Assembly (NCBI GenBank): GCA_965260935.1
Contig: OZ253374.1
Coordinates: forward strand, 3,608,755 to 3,672,754
DNA: 64,000 nucleotides
Reading direction: 5' to 3'
DNA from: Acetobacteraceae bacterium
GTDB lineage: Bacteria; Pseudomonadota; Alphaproteobacteria; Acetobacterales; Acetobacteraceae
Shown here: piece after piece, positions 9,383-18,833 of the stretch
Layout of the letters: the number at the start of each line of letters is the position of its first letter
How positions within the stretch are numbered: position 1 is the first letter of the stretch
Translations under genes and position numbers: made by a program
Notes under the pieces: generated by a model
What the model was told of the DNA's origin: nothing
Databases searched by the model: none
The model's input: the letters and a program-made list of their open reading frames with translations, nothing else

Positions 9383-10030
9383 ATGGCTCGCAATCCAATC
9401 ATCCCGCGTGGCGGGCGTTGTCTAAGCCCGCTCGCTGCGGCGGCAATGTGCCTCGCGGGTGGCTCGGCCGTGGCGCAGGGCGCGCTAACACCGCCGTCTG
9501 GCAACGTCCTATACCTGTCGACGACCGGCGTCGGGACACAGAACTACATCTGTTCACCGACCACGGGTCCTGGTGGAACCGCCTTCAGGTTCACGGGCCC
9601 GCAGTCGGCGTTGTCGGTCCCGCTGGCGGGAAAGCTGACGACCGAGCTGGCCGACAACATCCTCGCCGCCGTTCCCGGCGCGGCGTCCACGCCCAGCCCG
9701 GGTTGCGTGGAGGCTGCCGACGGAACCCGGCAATATTGTCCAGCTTGGCGAAGCCCAATCCACCAGAGTGCCGTTTACGGCACGACCGTCGCGAGCGTCG
9801 CAGCCGGCAGCGACCCGTCCTGCCCGACGGCCGGTGCCGTGTCGTGCCTCCTGCTGAAGTCGCTCGCCACGGTGAACGGCCAAGTCTCGCCCAGCCTGCT
9901 CGGAGCGGTCATCTTTATCCAGCGGCTGAATACGGTGGGTGGCAGCGCGCCGCGGGGGGCGTGCACGGCCGGACAGATCATGCAAGTGCCGTACAGCGCG
10001 ACGTATAACTTCTATGTTTCAAAGCAGTAA
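9383..10030 (+). CDS. Secreted DUF3455-family protein
   Basis: 215-aa ORF with a signal peptide (...AAAMCLAGGSAVAQG). It has GVGTQNYICS near the N-terminus and VPYSATYNFYV at the C-terminus, as I recall for DUF3455. Confidence 0.65.
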   Translation: MARNPIIPRGGRCLSPLAAAAMCLAGGSAVAQGALTPPSGNVLYLSTTGVGTQNYICSPTTGPGGTAFRFTGPQSALSVPLAGKLTTELADNILAAVPGAASTPSPGCVEAADGTRQYCPAWRSPIHQSAVYGTTVASVAAGSDPSCPTAGAVSCLLLKSLATVNGQVSPSLLGAVIFIQRLNTVGGSAPRGACTAGQIMQVPYSATYNFYVSKQ

Positions 10031-10114
10031 CGCCCGCCGGATCCAGATGTCGGCGCCCGCCAGCGTGTTGCACAGGCCTGGAGAGCGGACGCAGTAGCCC
10101 AACCCCGTCTAGGG

Positions 10115-10590
10115 TCAGGCGGTGCGGGCGTCGTTCGGGCGTCCAAGCTCCGACATGCGGTTGAGCGCGTGGACGGCGTCGTCCACCTCGATCGCTCGGC
10201 GTTCGTCCGCGCGCAAGTGCAGCGCGCCCCCGATCACCTGCTTGAACCGGCCGATCCGCTGCCTCAGCTCTGGCCCGCGCCGTGTAGTCGGACGCTTTTT
10301 GCCAAGCCATGCGCCCGTGCTCGGCGATGTGCTGAAGATGGTGGTCCCGCTGCGCGGGCGGAGCTGGCGAAGGTTTCGACGGCGCAGCCGTTGGAAGGCC
10401 AGCGGAGGGGCGGTCTCGGCCGTGTCGCTGGGCACCGCGGTCGCGCGTGGCGGGACGACAATGGCCGCTTCGGGGTGGCGCTCGGCAGCGTGGCGCATGG
10501 ATCGGCTAATTGGTGCTGAGAAGCTGGGCAGAGTAGAAGGTCGCCTCTTTTCTTGACTTCTGGATTTCTCTTTTGCCGTTCAAGCTGAAC
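10115..10590 (-). pseudogene. IS5-type transposase C-terminal remnant, multiple frameshifts
   Basis: Fragments in three frames read ...ERHPEAAIVVPPRATAVPSDTAETAP, then QRDHHLQHIAEHGRMAWQKASDYTARARAEAA, then IGRFKQVIGGALHLRADERRAIEVDDAVHALNRMSELGRPNDARTA. Confidence 0.6.
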
Positions 10591-10606
10591 CAAAACCGCC
10601 GCCTTC

Positions 10607-11456
10607 GGCATTGTCAAGTTAACGGCGGCTGGTCGGGGAGCGTGGACCGGGCGAGAGTGGCGGGATGAGAGCATCGCCTGACCCGCACCATCGCCATCGC
10701 TTCCCGGCCGAGCTGATCAGCCACGCCGTCTGGCTCTACCACGTGTTCAGCCTGAGCCTGCGCGACGTCGAGCTGCTCCTGGCCGAGCGCAGCGTGGTCG
10801 TCTCCTACGAGAGCATCCGGCGCTGGTGCCGCAAGTTCGGCCAGAGCGCCGCGAATGGCCTACGGCGCCGACGGCTGAGGTCGGGCGACAAATGGCATTT
10901 GGACGAGGTGTTCTTCCGCATCCGGGGCAAGGTGCACGACCTCTGGCGCGCGGTCGATCAGGACGGCGTCGTGCTCGACGTCCTCGTGCAGAGCCGGCGC
11001 AACGCGAAAGGGCCAAGCGCTTCTTCAAGAAGCTGCTCAGGGGCTTGCGATGTGCGCTGCGGGTGGTCGTGACCGACAAGCTCAGGAGCTACGCCGCGGC
11101 CAAGCGCGAGATCATGCCCCACGTCGAGCACCGGCAGAGCCGCACCCTCAACAACGGCGCCGAGAGCGGCAGATGCAGCGGTTCAAGTCGGCCCGCCACC
11201 CCTCCAGCAGCTTTCCACCTGCTTTGCAGGCGAAACCTTTGCTGCTTTCGCCCAGCAGTTCCTTTCCGCGCACGGGCCCATCTACGGCCATTCCGGTCGC
11301 GACGCCATCGCATGGCGGCCAGCGATTACCAGATGACCCGGACCGAGGCGTTCCGGGTCTGGCGCGAGGAGACGTGCGCCCGACGCAGCCTCTGAGTGTC
11401 GCGGCAGCGCCGCTCCTGAATCAACATCGCCCGCACCCAGTTAACGTGACAATGCC
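10607..11456 (+). mobile_element. IS6-family insertion sequence with a decayed transposase
   Basis: Terminal inverted repeats are GGCATTGTCAAGTTAAC (10607-10623) and the reverse complement of 11440-11456, GGCATTGTCACGTTAAC, matching at 16 of 17 positions. The 8-bp flanks differ (CCGCCTTC versus TGGATTGG), so there is no target duplication. Confidence 0.8.
10665..11395 (+). pseudogene. IS6-family transposase, frameshifted
   Basis: HRFPAELISHAVWLYHVFSLSLRDVELLLAERSVVVSYESIRRWCRKFG...DKWHLDEVFFRIRGKVHDLWRAVDQDGVVLDVLVQSRRNAK, then a shift to AKRFFKKLLRGLRCALRVVVTDKLRSYAAAKREIMPHVEHRQSRTLNNGAE. A further shift gives RRERQMQRFKSARH, and the last part reads ...RHRMAASDYQMTRTEAFRVWREETCA. Confidence 0.75.
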
Positions 11457-12094
11457 TGGATTGGGGCTTCGTCGCCATCCTGCCGCTGCTCGGCACGCTG
11501 CCGGACGAGTTCACCGACTACGAGACCATCCATCCCGCGATCGACCACGGCCGGGGCGTCTGCGCCCTGCCCTGGGGCACGGAACTGCCGCTCGACCCGT
11601 TCTTCGGCATCATCGGCGTCGCCCCTCCGCGCGCCTGGGGCCGCTGCGGCTCGCCCGTGCCGCGCGCGTTCGGCGGCAACATGGACAACAAGGAACTCAA
11701 GCCCGGCACGACGCTCTATTTGCCGGTGTTCAACGACGGCGCGCTGTTCATGGCCGGCGACGGCCACGGCGTGCAGGGCGACGGCGAAGTGTGCATCACC
11801 GCCTTGGAAACCGGCCTGTCCGGCACCTTCCGCCTGACGGTGCGGCAGGATTTCCCCATCGCCTTCCCGTTCGCCGAGACCGAGACGCACCTGATGTCCA
11901 TCGGCCTCGACGAGGACCTGGACGACGCCGCCAAGCAGGCCGTGCGCGAGATGGTCATGCACGTCTGCCGCCGCACCAACCTGTCGCGCAACCAGGCCTA
12001 CATGCTGTGCTCGCTGATCGGCGACCTGCGGGTGACGCAGACGGTGGACGGCAACAAGGGCGTGCACATGATGCTGGCCAAGTCGGCGTTGTAG
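11457..12094 (+). pseudogene. Acetamidase/formamidase-family protein, N-terminally truncated by the IS6 end
   Basis: The reading frame is open from the IS6 boundary: WGFVAILPLLGTLPDEF...PRAFGGNMDNKELKPGTTLYLPVFNDGALFMAGDGHGVQGDGEVCITALETGLSGTFRLTV... This carries FmdA/AmdA core motifs. No start codon or N-terminal third is present. Confidence 0.7.
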
Positions 12095-12156
12095 CGGGTT
12101 CAGAGGCTCAGGCGCGCCTCGACCCGGCTCATCGCCTCATGGCCTTGCGCCGGGCC

Positions 12157-12245
12157 TTAATCGACGACCTCGCCGCGCGCCAGCACGGCGTAACGGCTGG
12201 CGAGCGAGAGGGCGAAGCGGACGTTCTGATCAACGCCGGCCACGA
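12157..12245 (-). pseudogene. Possible ABC-transporter ATPase C-terminal remnant (LivF/UrtE-like)
   Basis: Only about 30 aa are recognisable: VVAGVDQNVRFALSLASRYAVLARGEVVD followed by a stop. Nothing recognisable lies upstream. Confidence 0.3.
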
Positions 12246-13185
12246 CGTGTGTCGGCCAGCGTGCCCCTAAAACGTGCGCTGGGCGCGGCACAGCGTCGCA
12301 GCGCATTCTTGGGGCCTGGTCGGTTTGGCTATCGTGGGGCCGGCCTGCCGCTTGCAACGACGGCGGCGGAGTTGTCAGGAGAAGGCTCGCCTAAACTGCG
12401 AATTCATCAGAGTTCCCACACCATCCCCGCCACCCGCACCGAGATTGCATACCCTACGAACCCGGCGGCATAGTCCCCTGCGGTTGACGCATCAGGACCG
12501 GATTTGTCCGCAAGTGATGCAAACGCGGCACAATCCGTCTGGAGGCGGACGCTGGCCAGCTTGGGCGATCAACCCAGCCCGTGTCCGCCCTCGTAGTATC
12601 TGCCGCCACTCTTCCAGCGGCTTGCCGCGGGGTCGTGGCCGCAATGACATGGCCGGGCCACTAATCGCCGCCGCTATCTCGCCCTCCGCTCACGCTGGAG
12701 GACAGCGAATCACAACCGCCGTGACCGCGAAACGATCCAAGAGGCAGGGCAGGGAAACGGACGTACTAAACGGTCGGCAGATCGACATGGCAGGGCCGCA
12801 TTGCCTCAATAACCTCGTTCAGCACTACACCATTAGTAGCTTAATAATTAATTTTATATTAACGAAACGCACGTCGAGACTGCACAGTCGCTTACCATTC
12901 ACGCGAATCGTGAGCAGAGTCCACATTGTTTTTGGTTCAAATAGATTAAGAAAGTTTCCTAACTTATTCGTTTTACATGAAATACCTGTTCACCCATTTC
13001 GTTAAAACCCGGATGCTAAACCGTTAAACAGTTTGATCTATCAGCGTAACGACATCACACAAAACGGTGTTTCATAAGAACTGATCGTGAATTCGCCAAT
13101 TACGATCCGTTTGGCCTACTGTTGCGACCGCACCTGCCCCTTACGTGCAGGGCTACGTACAAAATCGCACAGGAGAGTCAAAAAG

Positions 13186-14355
13186 ATGACGGTTTTATTG
13201 CCTTCGACCCTCGTTGCCGACAACCAGCAGTGGAGTGAGGCTACGCCCGTTAATCCAAGAGTAGCAATGTTTCACCGTCTGCCAAAGCCGCTGCAGCCAT
13301 TCCTGACATGGCTCACGGCGCAACCTGTGCCAGGGCAACCGTTGAAGGATCGTTCGCCGCTCAGTTTCATCGCCGTTGCGCTCTTGCAGACGATCCTGGG
13401 AGCGGCAGCAACCATCGCGGCGCTTCGTTACGCGCCAGCGCTGGCGCCTTTCGGAATGTTGCTGACGACCGCGGGTCTGGGCTTGTTTCAAGTCGTGATC
13501 TTCCACCACTGCTCGCACGGCACCGTGTTCCGGTCACGGGACCTGAACGTGCGCGTCGGGCGGATCATCTCCGCCATGCTCCTGTTCAAACATTTCGATC
13601 ACTATAAACACGAACATATGCTTCATCACAGTCACAATAAGTTGTTAACAGAGGAAGACGAATTCGCAGATTTCGTCTTCAATACTTGCCGGCTCGATGC
13701 GGGCGTCTCGCTGTCCTCGCTGCGCAAGCGGGTCGTTTGGGGCTTGGTGTCGCCCTTCTTCCACGCCCGGTTCACAGCGCGCCGGATCAAGGTCGCTTGG
13801 TTCTCGCATGACCGGCAGCACAACTTGGTCGGTATTGCCGGCTGGGCGGCCCTCGCCCTGTTCGCCGGCCTGACCGGCCAGTGGCTGGCGTTCCTGCTGG
13901 CCTGGGTCGTGCCGGTAACGATCCTGCTTCAGGCGGCAACCGTCGGACGCATCCTGTGCGAGCATAGCTTTCCCGAGGCCGAGATCATCGCGGCCCGAAC
14001 CCGTGACCTGACGGCACACGCAACCAGCGGCGTGTTCCCCGGCTTGATGCCTCCGCTGCACGGCCCGGCCTCCGCGCGCGGCGTGGCAGCTTGGGCCGGC
14101 TGGTGGGCGAACATGCTGACGATCCAGCTCTTTGTCCGCCTCGTCGTGCTGGTGGGCGACGCGCCGTGCCACGACTATCACCATCGCAAGCCCGCCAGCA
14201 AGCGTTGGACCAGCTACATCCAGGCCCGTGACCTGGACAAGGAAGCCCAGCTAACGCGCATCCAGACCGGCTACAGCGAGGTCTGGGGCCTGTTCCGCGC
14301 CGTCGACGCGACCCTCGCGAGCTTGTCGCGCTTGCCGGAAGGCGCCCGGCTTTAA
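13186..14355 (+). CDS. Membrane fatty-acid desaturase/hydroxylase-superfamily protein (three His boxes)
   Basis: Contains HHCSH, HEHMLHHSH and HDYHH motifs separated by hydrophobic segments. I prefer the ATG at 13186, which has AGGAGAG 9 nt upstream, over the GTG at 13087 used in the ORF track. Confidence 0.8.
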   Translation: MTVLLPSTLVADNQQWSEATPVNPRVAMFHRLPKPLQPFLTWLTAQPVPGQPLKDRSPLSFIAVALLQTILGAAATIAALRYAPALAPFGMLLTTAGLGLFQVVIFHHCSHGTVFRSRDLNVRVGRIISAMLLFKHFDHYKHEHMLHHSHNKLLTEEDEFADFVFNTCRLDAGVSLSSLRKRVVWGLVSPFFHARFTARRIKVAWFSHDRQHNLVGIAGWAALALFAGLTGQWLAFLLAWVVPVTILLQAATVGRILCEHSFPEAEIIAARTRDLTAHATSGVFPGLMPPLHGPASARGVAAWAGWWANMLTIQLFVRLVVLVGDAPCHDYHHRKPASKRWTSYIQARDLDKEAQLTRIQTGYSEVWGLFRAVDATLASLSRLPEGARL

Positions 14356-14361
14356 CCGCTT

Positions 14362-14393
14362 GGCGGCAGGCCGGGAGCGCCCGGTCTGCCGCC
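14362..14393. terminator. Bidirectional hairpin between the convergent desaturase and kinase-like genes
   Basis: GGCGGCAGGCCGGG-AGCG-CCCGGTCTGCCGCC forms a 14-bp stem with one G-T pair. There is no clear U tract. Confidence 0.45.
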
Positions 14394-14427
14394 CGGCTGG
14401 CGCACTGGACAAGCCGGCCAGCCGCCA

Positions 14428-15780
14428 TCAAAGCGGCACGCTGTCGTCGCGCGCCATTGTTGCCGGCAGGATAATCCGGACCTGCCGCCCCCCCATGGTC
14501 CGCGGTTCGGTAATCAGCACGCCGCCATGCGCCTCGACGATCCGGCGAGCGGAGGCGAGCCTCTCGCTATAGGCTGCGAACTGGCCCGGCGCGGTTCGCA
14601 CGCCGCCGGGTTGATCCGTAACAAGGGTCTCCTCGGGCGAAACGTCGTCGCCACGCGAACTGACGAGGACTTCGACCGCTCCATCGCCGCGCCGTTCCGC
14701 GAACATCTTGACTGCGGAGCCGGGGAAAGCCCGGGACAAGGCGCCGCCGACGATCGTCTGCAATGCCCGGTGCAGGGAATCGCGGTCGGCGCAGATCGAC
14801 ACGCTCCGCCGCGGCAACCCGACATTCAGCTCCACGCCGATCTTGAGGCTCGTCGGGTAAAGCGACCGGTGCACCCGGCGAACCATCTCGGAAAGGTCGG
14901 TCCAGGTGACATCCAGCAGCACCGATGTCTCGTTGGGCGAGGCGACGCGCAATGCGTCATCGGCGAGGGCCACCAACTCGCGCGAGCTTTCCACGATTTG
15001 CCGGCTTGCGTCCCGGATTTCAGGAGGCAGGCGATCGGTCTCCGGATGGGATGCGACACCCTCGGACAAGCTGACCAGCCGCTCGATCGGCGAGCGCAGT
15101 TGCCGCGCCAGGTCTTCCAGGAACCGTGCCCGCGCTTGGCTCGCCTCCTCGGCGGCTTGCTTGGCCTGGCGCAACTGCGTCTCGGCGTGCTTGCGATACA
15201 GCACGTCGAGGTAGACCGAGAGCGCCGTCTCGATTAGTTCCTGGTCGCCCGTCTCGAACGGGCGGCTGACGTTGGCCTCGGACCGGTTGCCGATCGCCAG
15301 CGCATGGCCGCTCGACTGGTCGTAGGCCCATAGCACGTATGGCAAGCGCAGCACGTCCATCAGGCCAGCCGGCGGACGATCCAGCCGCAGCGAGCTGGTA
15401 AAGAAAAATCCCGGCGGTTCCGGGATCAGGAGCTCTTCGTTCACCTCGACGTTGGTGCCGCCGATGGCGTGCGCCACCAGGAACCGCCCGCTGCCGAGCG
15501 GCTCTTCCCGCAGCAGCGCCGCCCGGTCGCACAACGCGTTCTCGACCACCACCTGCAAAAGCGAGCCGCCGATGTCGCCCGCCGCCTGAACCGGCTCGGC
15601 TAATCGGTAGGCCTCCCGGACCAGCCGGACCACGGTCCGGCTGCGGCGCGCTTCAAGGAAGGCCTGACTCTGCTCTTCCTGCATACGAAGCAGGCGCGAG
15701 CCAAGGTCGTTGCATTCCCGGCGGTAGTACTGCAGCTCACGCTCGACCGGACTGCCGATGCCCATGCGCTCGCTCATCAT
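14428..15780 (-). CDS. Cytoplasmic histidine-kinase-like protein with degenerate H, N and G boxes (pseudo-kinase candidate)
   Basis: 450 aa with no TM segments. It has a DHp-like helix (ARFLEDLARQLRSPIERL) and a C-terminal HATPase_c-like fold (...RRIVEAHGGVLITEP...GRQVRIILP). Arg226 (codon 15103-15105) sits at the phospho-acceptor His position. The start codon overlaps the FIST gene stop (ATGA). Confidence 0.75.
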   Translation of the reverse strand: MMSERMGIGSPVERELQYYRRECNDLGSRLLRMQEEQSQAFLEARRSRTVVRLVREAYRLAEPVQAAGDIGGSLLQVVVENALCDRAALLREEPLGSGRFLVAHAIGGTNVEVNEELLIPEPPGFFFTSSLRLDRPPAGLMDVLRLPYVLWAYDQSSGHALAIGNRSEANVSRPFETGDQELIETALSVYLDVLYRKHAETQLRQAKQAAEEASQARARFLEDLARQLRSPIERLVSLSEGVASHPETDRLPPEIRDASRQIVESSRELVALADDALRVASPNETSVLLDVTWTDLSEMVRRVHRSLYPTSLKIGVELNVGLPRRSVSICADRDSLHRALQTIVGGALSRAFPGSAVKMFAERRGDGAVEVLVSSRGDDVSPEETLVTDQPGGVRTAPGQFAAYSERLASARRIVEAHGGVLITEPRTMGGRQVRIILPATMARDDSVPL

Positions 15781-17015
15781 ATCTGCCGCAACACCGTAAG
15801 CACTCCCGTCCAGTCAAGCGGCCGGCTGTAGCCCGCGAACGGCGCGATCTCGACGCCGGAATAGAAGCCAAGCATCGGGAACGCCGACTCCATCCCGCGC
15901 ATCACCAACTCGGCTTCTTCCCGCAGCGCCCCACTTCTCGCGCTCGCGCGGCCGGCGCAGTCGATGTAGAGGCCAAGGAACGCTCCGGAATCGCGATGCC
16001 GCCTGCTCATCGCCTTCGTGCCGTCCCGGGCGGAGTCCAGCATCAGCGCATTGTCGCGCGACATGATCTGCACCATCGTGCCGACGTGGAAGTCGGGCTC
16101 GAACAAGGTGATCGAGCCGCTCGCCCGGTCGCAGCCCAAGATCAGCCGGTTGACGTAGTTGTTTTCATCATACGGCGCGAACAGGTCGCCATGCTTCTCG
16201 CCCAACGTCGCGACCAGCGAAAGGTCGCTGCCGTCTGTGCTGCCGATGCGCAGGCCAAGCATCCGCTCGATCACGGTCAGGGCCGGCTCGCCGTCCAGCT
16301 CATAGACCACGGCGCCATCGATGCGCGTGATCTCCATGAAGCTGCTCACGGGCCGGCAACCGTGAAGCACAACCGTGTCGGCTGTCACCGTTCGCGGGAA
16401 CGCCAGCGCCGTCGCCGCATGTTTACGCACGCCTTCGCCGTCAAACACCCAGCCATCGGAGAAATTGATGTCGACCACCATGCCGCCGCCGATCAGGTTC
16501 ACCCTCTTGTCGCCGAGGCCGGCATGGAATCCCTCGACCAGCGCGCTCGCCGGATGCAGGCGGATCGGCACGGTTGAGGCGACGCTGTCAAAGAACAACA
16601 GCACCAAGGCGCCGTCATGCGCGTCTCTCGACACCGCGCGGGCAAGCGCCTCCCCCGCCCTCGCCTCGCTATCCAGCAGATCGTGCGTGACATACAGGCG
16701 CGGCGTGACGGCTTCGTCCACGAATGCCAGGACGCCGATCTCAAGCCCGCTATAGCCAAGCTCCCCGCCCGCCATCGCGCCGGCAGCCGAGCCGCCGACG
16801 ATGGGGAGGTCGCCGAAGGCGGACCGCAAGGCGGAAAAAACGGCGACCGCGTCGTGCTTGCCGCCGCAGAACACAAGCAGCATCCGCGGCTTGATGCTGC
16901 CAAGCTGGGCGCAACAACGCTCAACTGCGGTGTCGGCGTCATAGTGGCTGGCAAAAACCACCCTCACCGCCGGACGAGCGTTCTCCCCGCGAACTGGATC
17001 TGACTGAAGCAACAT
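15777..17015 (-). CDS. FIST-domain sensory protein (FIST_N + FIST_C)
   Basis: 412 aa. It reads ...MLLVFCGGKHD...IVGGSAAGAM...GYSGLEIGVLAF... then ...VNLIGGGMVVD...LGLYIDCAGRA...FPMLGFYSGVEIAP, which is the typical FIST layout as I recall it. Confidence 0.75.
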   Translation of the reverse strand: MLLQSDPVRGENARPAVRVVFASHYDADTAVERCCAQLGSIKPRMLLVFCGGKHDAVAVFSALRSAFGDLPIVGGSAAGAMAGGELGYSGLEIGVLAFVDEAVTPRLYVTHDLLDSEARAGEALARAVSRDAHDGALVLLFFDSVASTVPIRLHPASALVEGFHAGLGDKRVNLIGGGMVVDINFSDGWVFDGEGVRKHAATALAFPRTVTADTVVLHGCRPVSSFMEITRIDGAVVYELDGEPALTVIERMLGLRIGSTDGSDLSLVATLGEKHGDLFAPYDENNYVNRLILGCDRASGSITLFEPDFHVGTMVQIMSRDNALMLDSARDGTKAMSRRHRDSGAFLGLYIDCAGRASARSGALREEAELVMRGMESAFPMLGFYSGVEIAPFAGYSRPLDWTGVLTVLRQI

Positions 17016-17116
17016 TGATACCCCTTACCACAACCGACAGTAGGCTGTCAGTGAACGTCCGAGGCCTAGCCTACATAAGCTAACAAATCGTTAGTCAACA
17101 AAGTAAGAAGTCAAAC

Positions 17117-17752
17117 CTAACAGACTCCGAGTGCGTTGCAAGCAGTCCGTGCAACGCCGGCCTGATCCATGCGGGCCCAGGCCGCATCCAATGACCCCGC
17201 CATGTCGATTGCCCGGCACGCATCGGCGATCACGGCCGCCTCGAAGCCAGCCTTCCGCGCGTCCACCGCACTGAAGCCCACGCAGAAATCCGTCGCCAAG
17301 CCGGCCAGGAACATCCGCTTCAAACCGCGCTCGCGCAGAAACCCGGCAAGCCCGGTCGGCGTCGCGCCATCGGCCTCGTAGAATGCCGAGTAGCTGTCAA
17401 CCGCCGTCCTGAAGCCTTTCCGGATAACCGCCTCCGCCTGGGGAAGATCAAGGCCCGGAGCCAGCGCCGCGCCCTCCGAGCCCTGCACGCAATGCACCGG
17501 CCACAGAACCTGCTCGCCGTAACCGAGCGCGACTGTCTCGAATTCCCGTCGCCCGGGATGGCTCGCGGCGAACGAGACGTGCCCGGGCAGATGCCAATCC
17601 TGCGTCAGGACGACATGGCGGAATATCCGGCCCAGCCCGTTGATCGGGCTGATCACCGCGTCGCCGTCCGGCACGCCGAGCGGGCCGCCGGGCAGGAAGT
17701 CCCGCTGCACGTCGATCACCAGCAGCACGTCGTCGGACCGTATTCGCATCAT
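17117..17752 (-). CDS. pncA: Nicotinamidase/pyrazinamidase (isochorismatase family)
   Basis: [23 protein letters not shown]...[15 protein letters not shown]...[12 protein letters not shown]...[13 protein letters not shown]. The start was chosen at the MM, with GAGGGAAGG upstream. Confidence 0.8.
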   Translation of the reverse strand: MMRIRSDDVLLVIDVQRDFLPGGPLGVPDGDAVISPINGLGRIFRHVVLTQDWHLPGHVSFAASHPGRREFETVALGYGEQVLWPVHCVQGSEGAALAPGLDLPQAEAVIRKGFRTAVDSYSAFYEADGATPTGLAGFLRERGLKRMFLAGLATDFCVGFSAVDARKAGFEAAVIADACRAIDMAGSLDAAWARMDQAGVARTACNALGVC

Positions 17753-17850
17753 GCCTTCCCTCGCTCGCCAAAACCGCCGTCCGGCAAGCGCCCCCTTGCA
17801 CCCGGCCATCGATTCATCAACCTGTATCGAAACACGTAGGAGCCGCTCCC

Positions 17851-18765
17851 ATGAAGGCCAACACTGTTCTCGAAACGATCGGCGACACCCCGCACATCCG
17901 GATCAACAATCTGTTTCCCGGCGCCAATGTCTGGATCAAGTCCGAGCGCGCCAACCCCGGCGGCTCGATCAAGGACCGGATCGCGCTGGCCATGGTCGAG
18001 GCCGCCGAGGCCTCGGGTCAGTTGAAGCCGGGCGGCACCATCATCGAGCCGACGTCAGGCAACACCGGGATCGGCTTGGCGATGGTGGCGGCAGTCAAGG
18101 GCTACAAGATCGTGCTGGTGATGCCGGAATCGATGTCAATTGAGCGCCGCCGGCTGATGCAGGCTTATGGAGCCACATTCGAACTGACGCCGAAAGAGGG
18201 CGGCATAAAGGCCGCCATCCAGCGCGCCCACGAGCTTGCGTCCAGCAACGACGAGGCATGGATTCCCCAGCAGTTCGAGAACCCGGCCAACATCGACATC
18301 CATGTCCGCACCACCGCCGAGGAAATCGCGCGCGACTTCCCCGGCGGCGTCGACGCGTTGATCACCGGCGTCGGCACGGGCGGCCACATCACTGGCTGTG
18401 CCCAAGCGCTCAAGCAGCGCTGGCCCGGCCTCAAGGTCTTCGCTGTCGAGCCTATGGAATCCCCGGTCATTTCCGGCGGCGAGCCGGGTCCGCACTCGAT
18501 CCAGGGGATTGGCACCGGCTTTATTCCCGCCAACCTCCACAAAGACGTGCTCGACGGCGTCATCCAGGTCGACTCGGAGCACGCGCGGGAGTTCGCCCGT
18601 CGCTCCGCCCGGGAAGAGGGCTTGTTGGTCGGCCTCTCCTCCGGCGCGACGCTGGCAGCTATCGCGCAGAAGCTGCCGGACCTCGGCAAGGATGCCACCG
18701 TGCTGGGCTTCAACTACGACACCGGAGAGCGCTATTTCTCCGTACCCGACTTTTTGCCAAGCTGA
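17851..18765 (+). CDS. cysK: Cysteine synthase A (O-acetylserine sulfhydrylase)
   Basis: 304 aa: [11 protein letters not shown]...[17 protein letters not shown]...[16 protein letters not shown]...[10 protein letters not shown]. The PLP Lys motif SIKDR is present. Confidence 0.9.
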   Translation: MKANTVLETIGDTPHIRINNLFPGANVWIKSERANPGGSIKDRIALAMVEAAEASGQLKPGGTIIEPTSGNTGIGLAMVAAVKGYKIVLVMPESMSIERRRLMQAYGATFELTPKEGGIKAAIQRAHELASSNDEAWIPQQFENPANIDIHVRTTAEEIARDFPGGVDALITGVGTGGHITGCAQALKQRWPGLKVFAVEPMESPVISGGEPGPHSIQGIGTGFIPANLHKDVLDGVIQVDSEHAREFARRSAREEGLLVGLSSGATLAAIAQKLPDLGKDATVLGFNYDTGERYFSVPDFLPS

Positions 18766-18833
18766 ATGCGGAACGCCCGTTGCGCCGAGGCGCATTTAGG
18801 CAGCGCGTCGAACGCAGCGACCGAGGCGTCGGC

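Noticed and set aside
17016-17116. Short inverted repeats (CTAAC-gattt-GTTAG and GACAG-ccta-CTGTC) and a TTGACT hexamer upstream of the FIST gene
   Set aside because: This is plausible promoter/operator material, but the stems are only 5 bp and no convincing -10 element sits at proper spacing. It was not strong enough to annotate.
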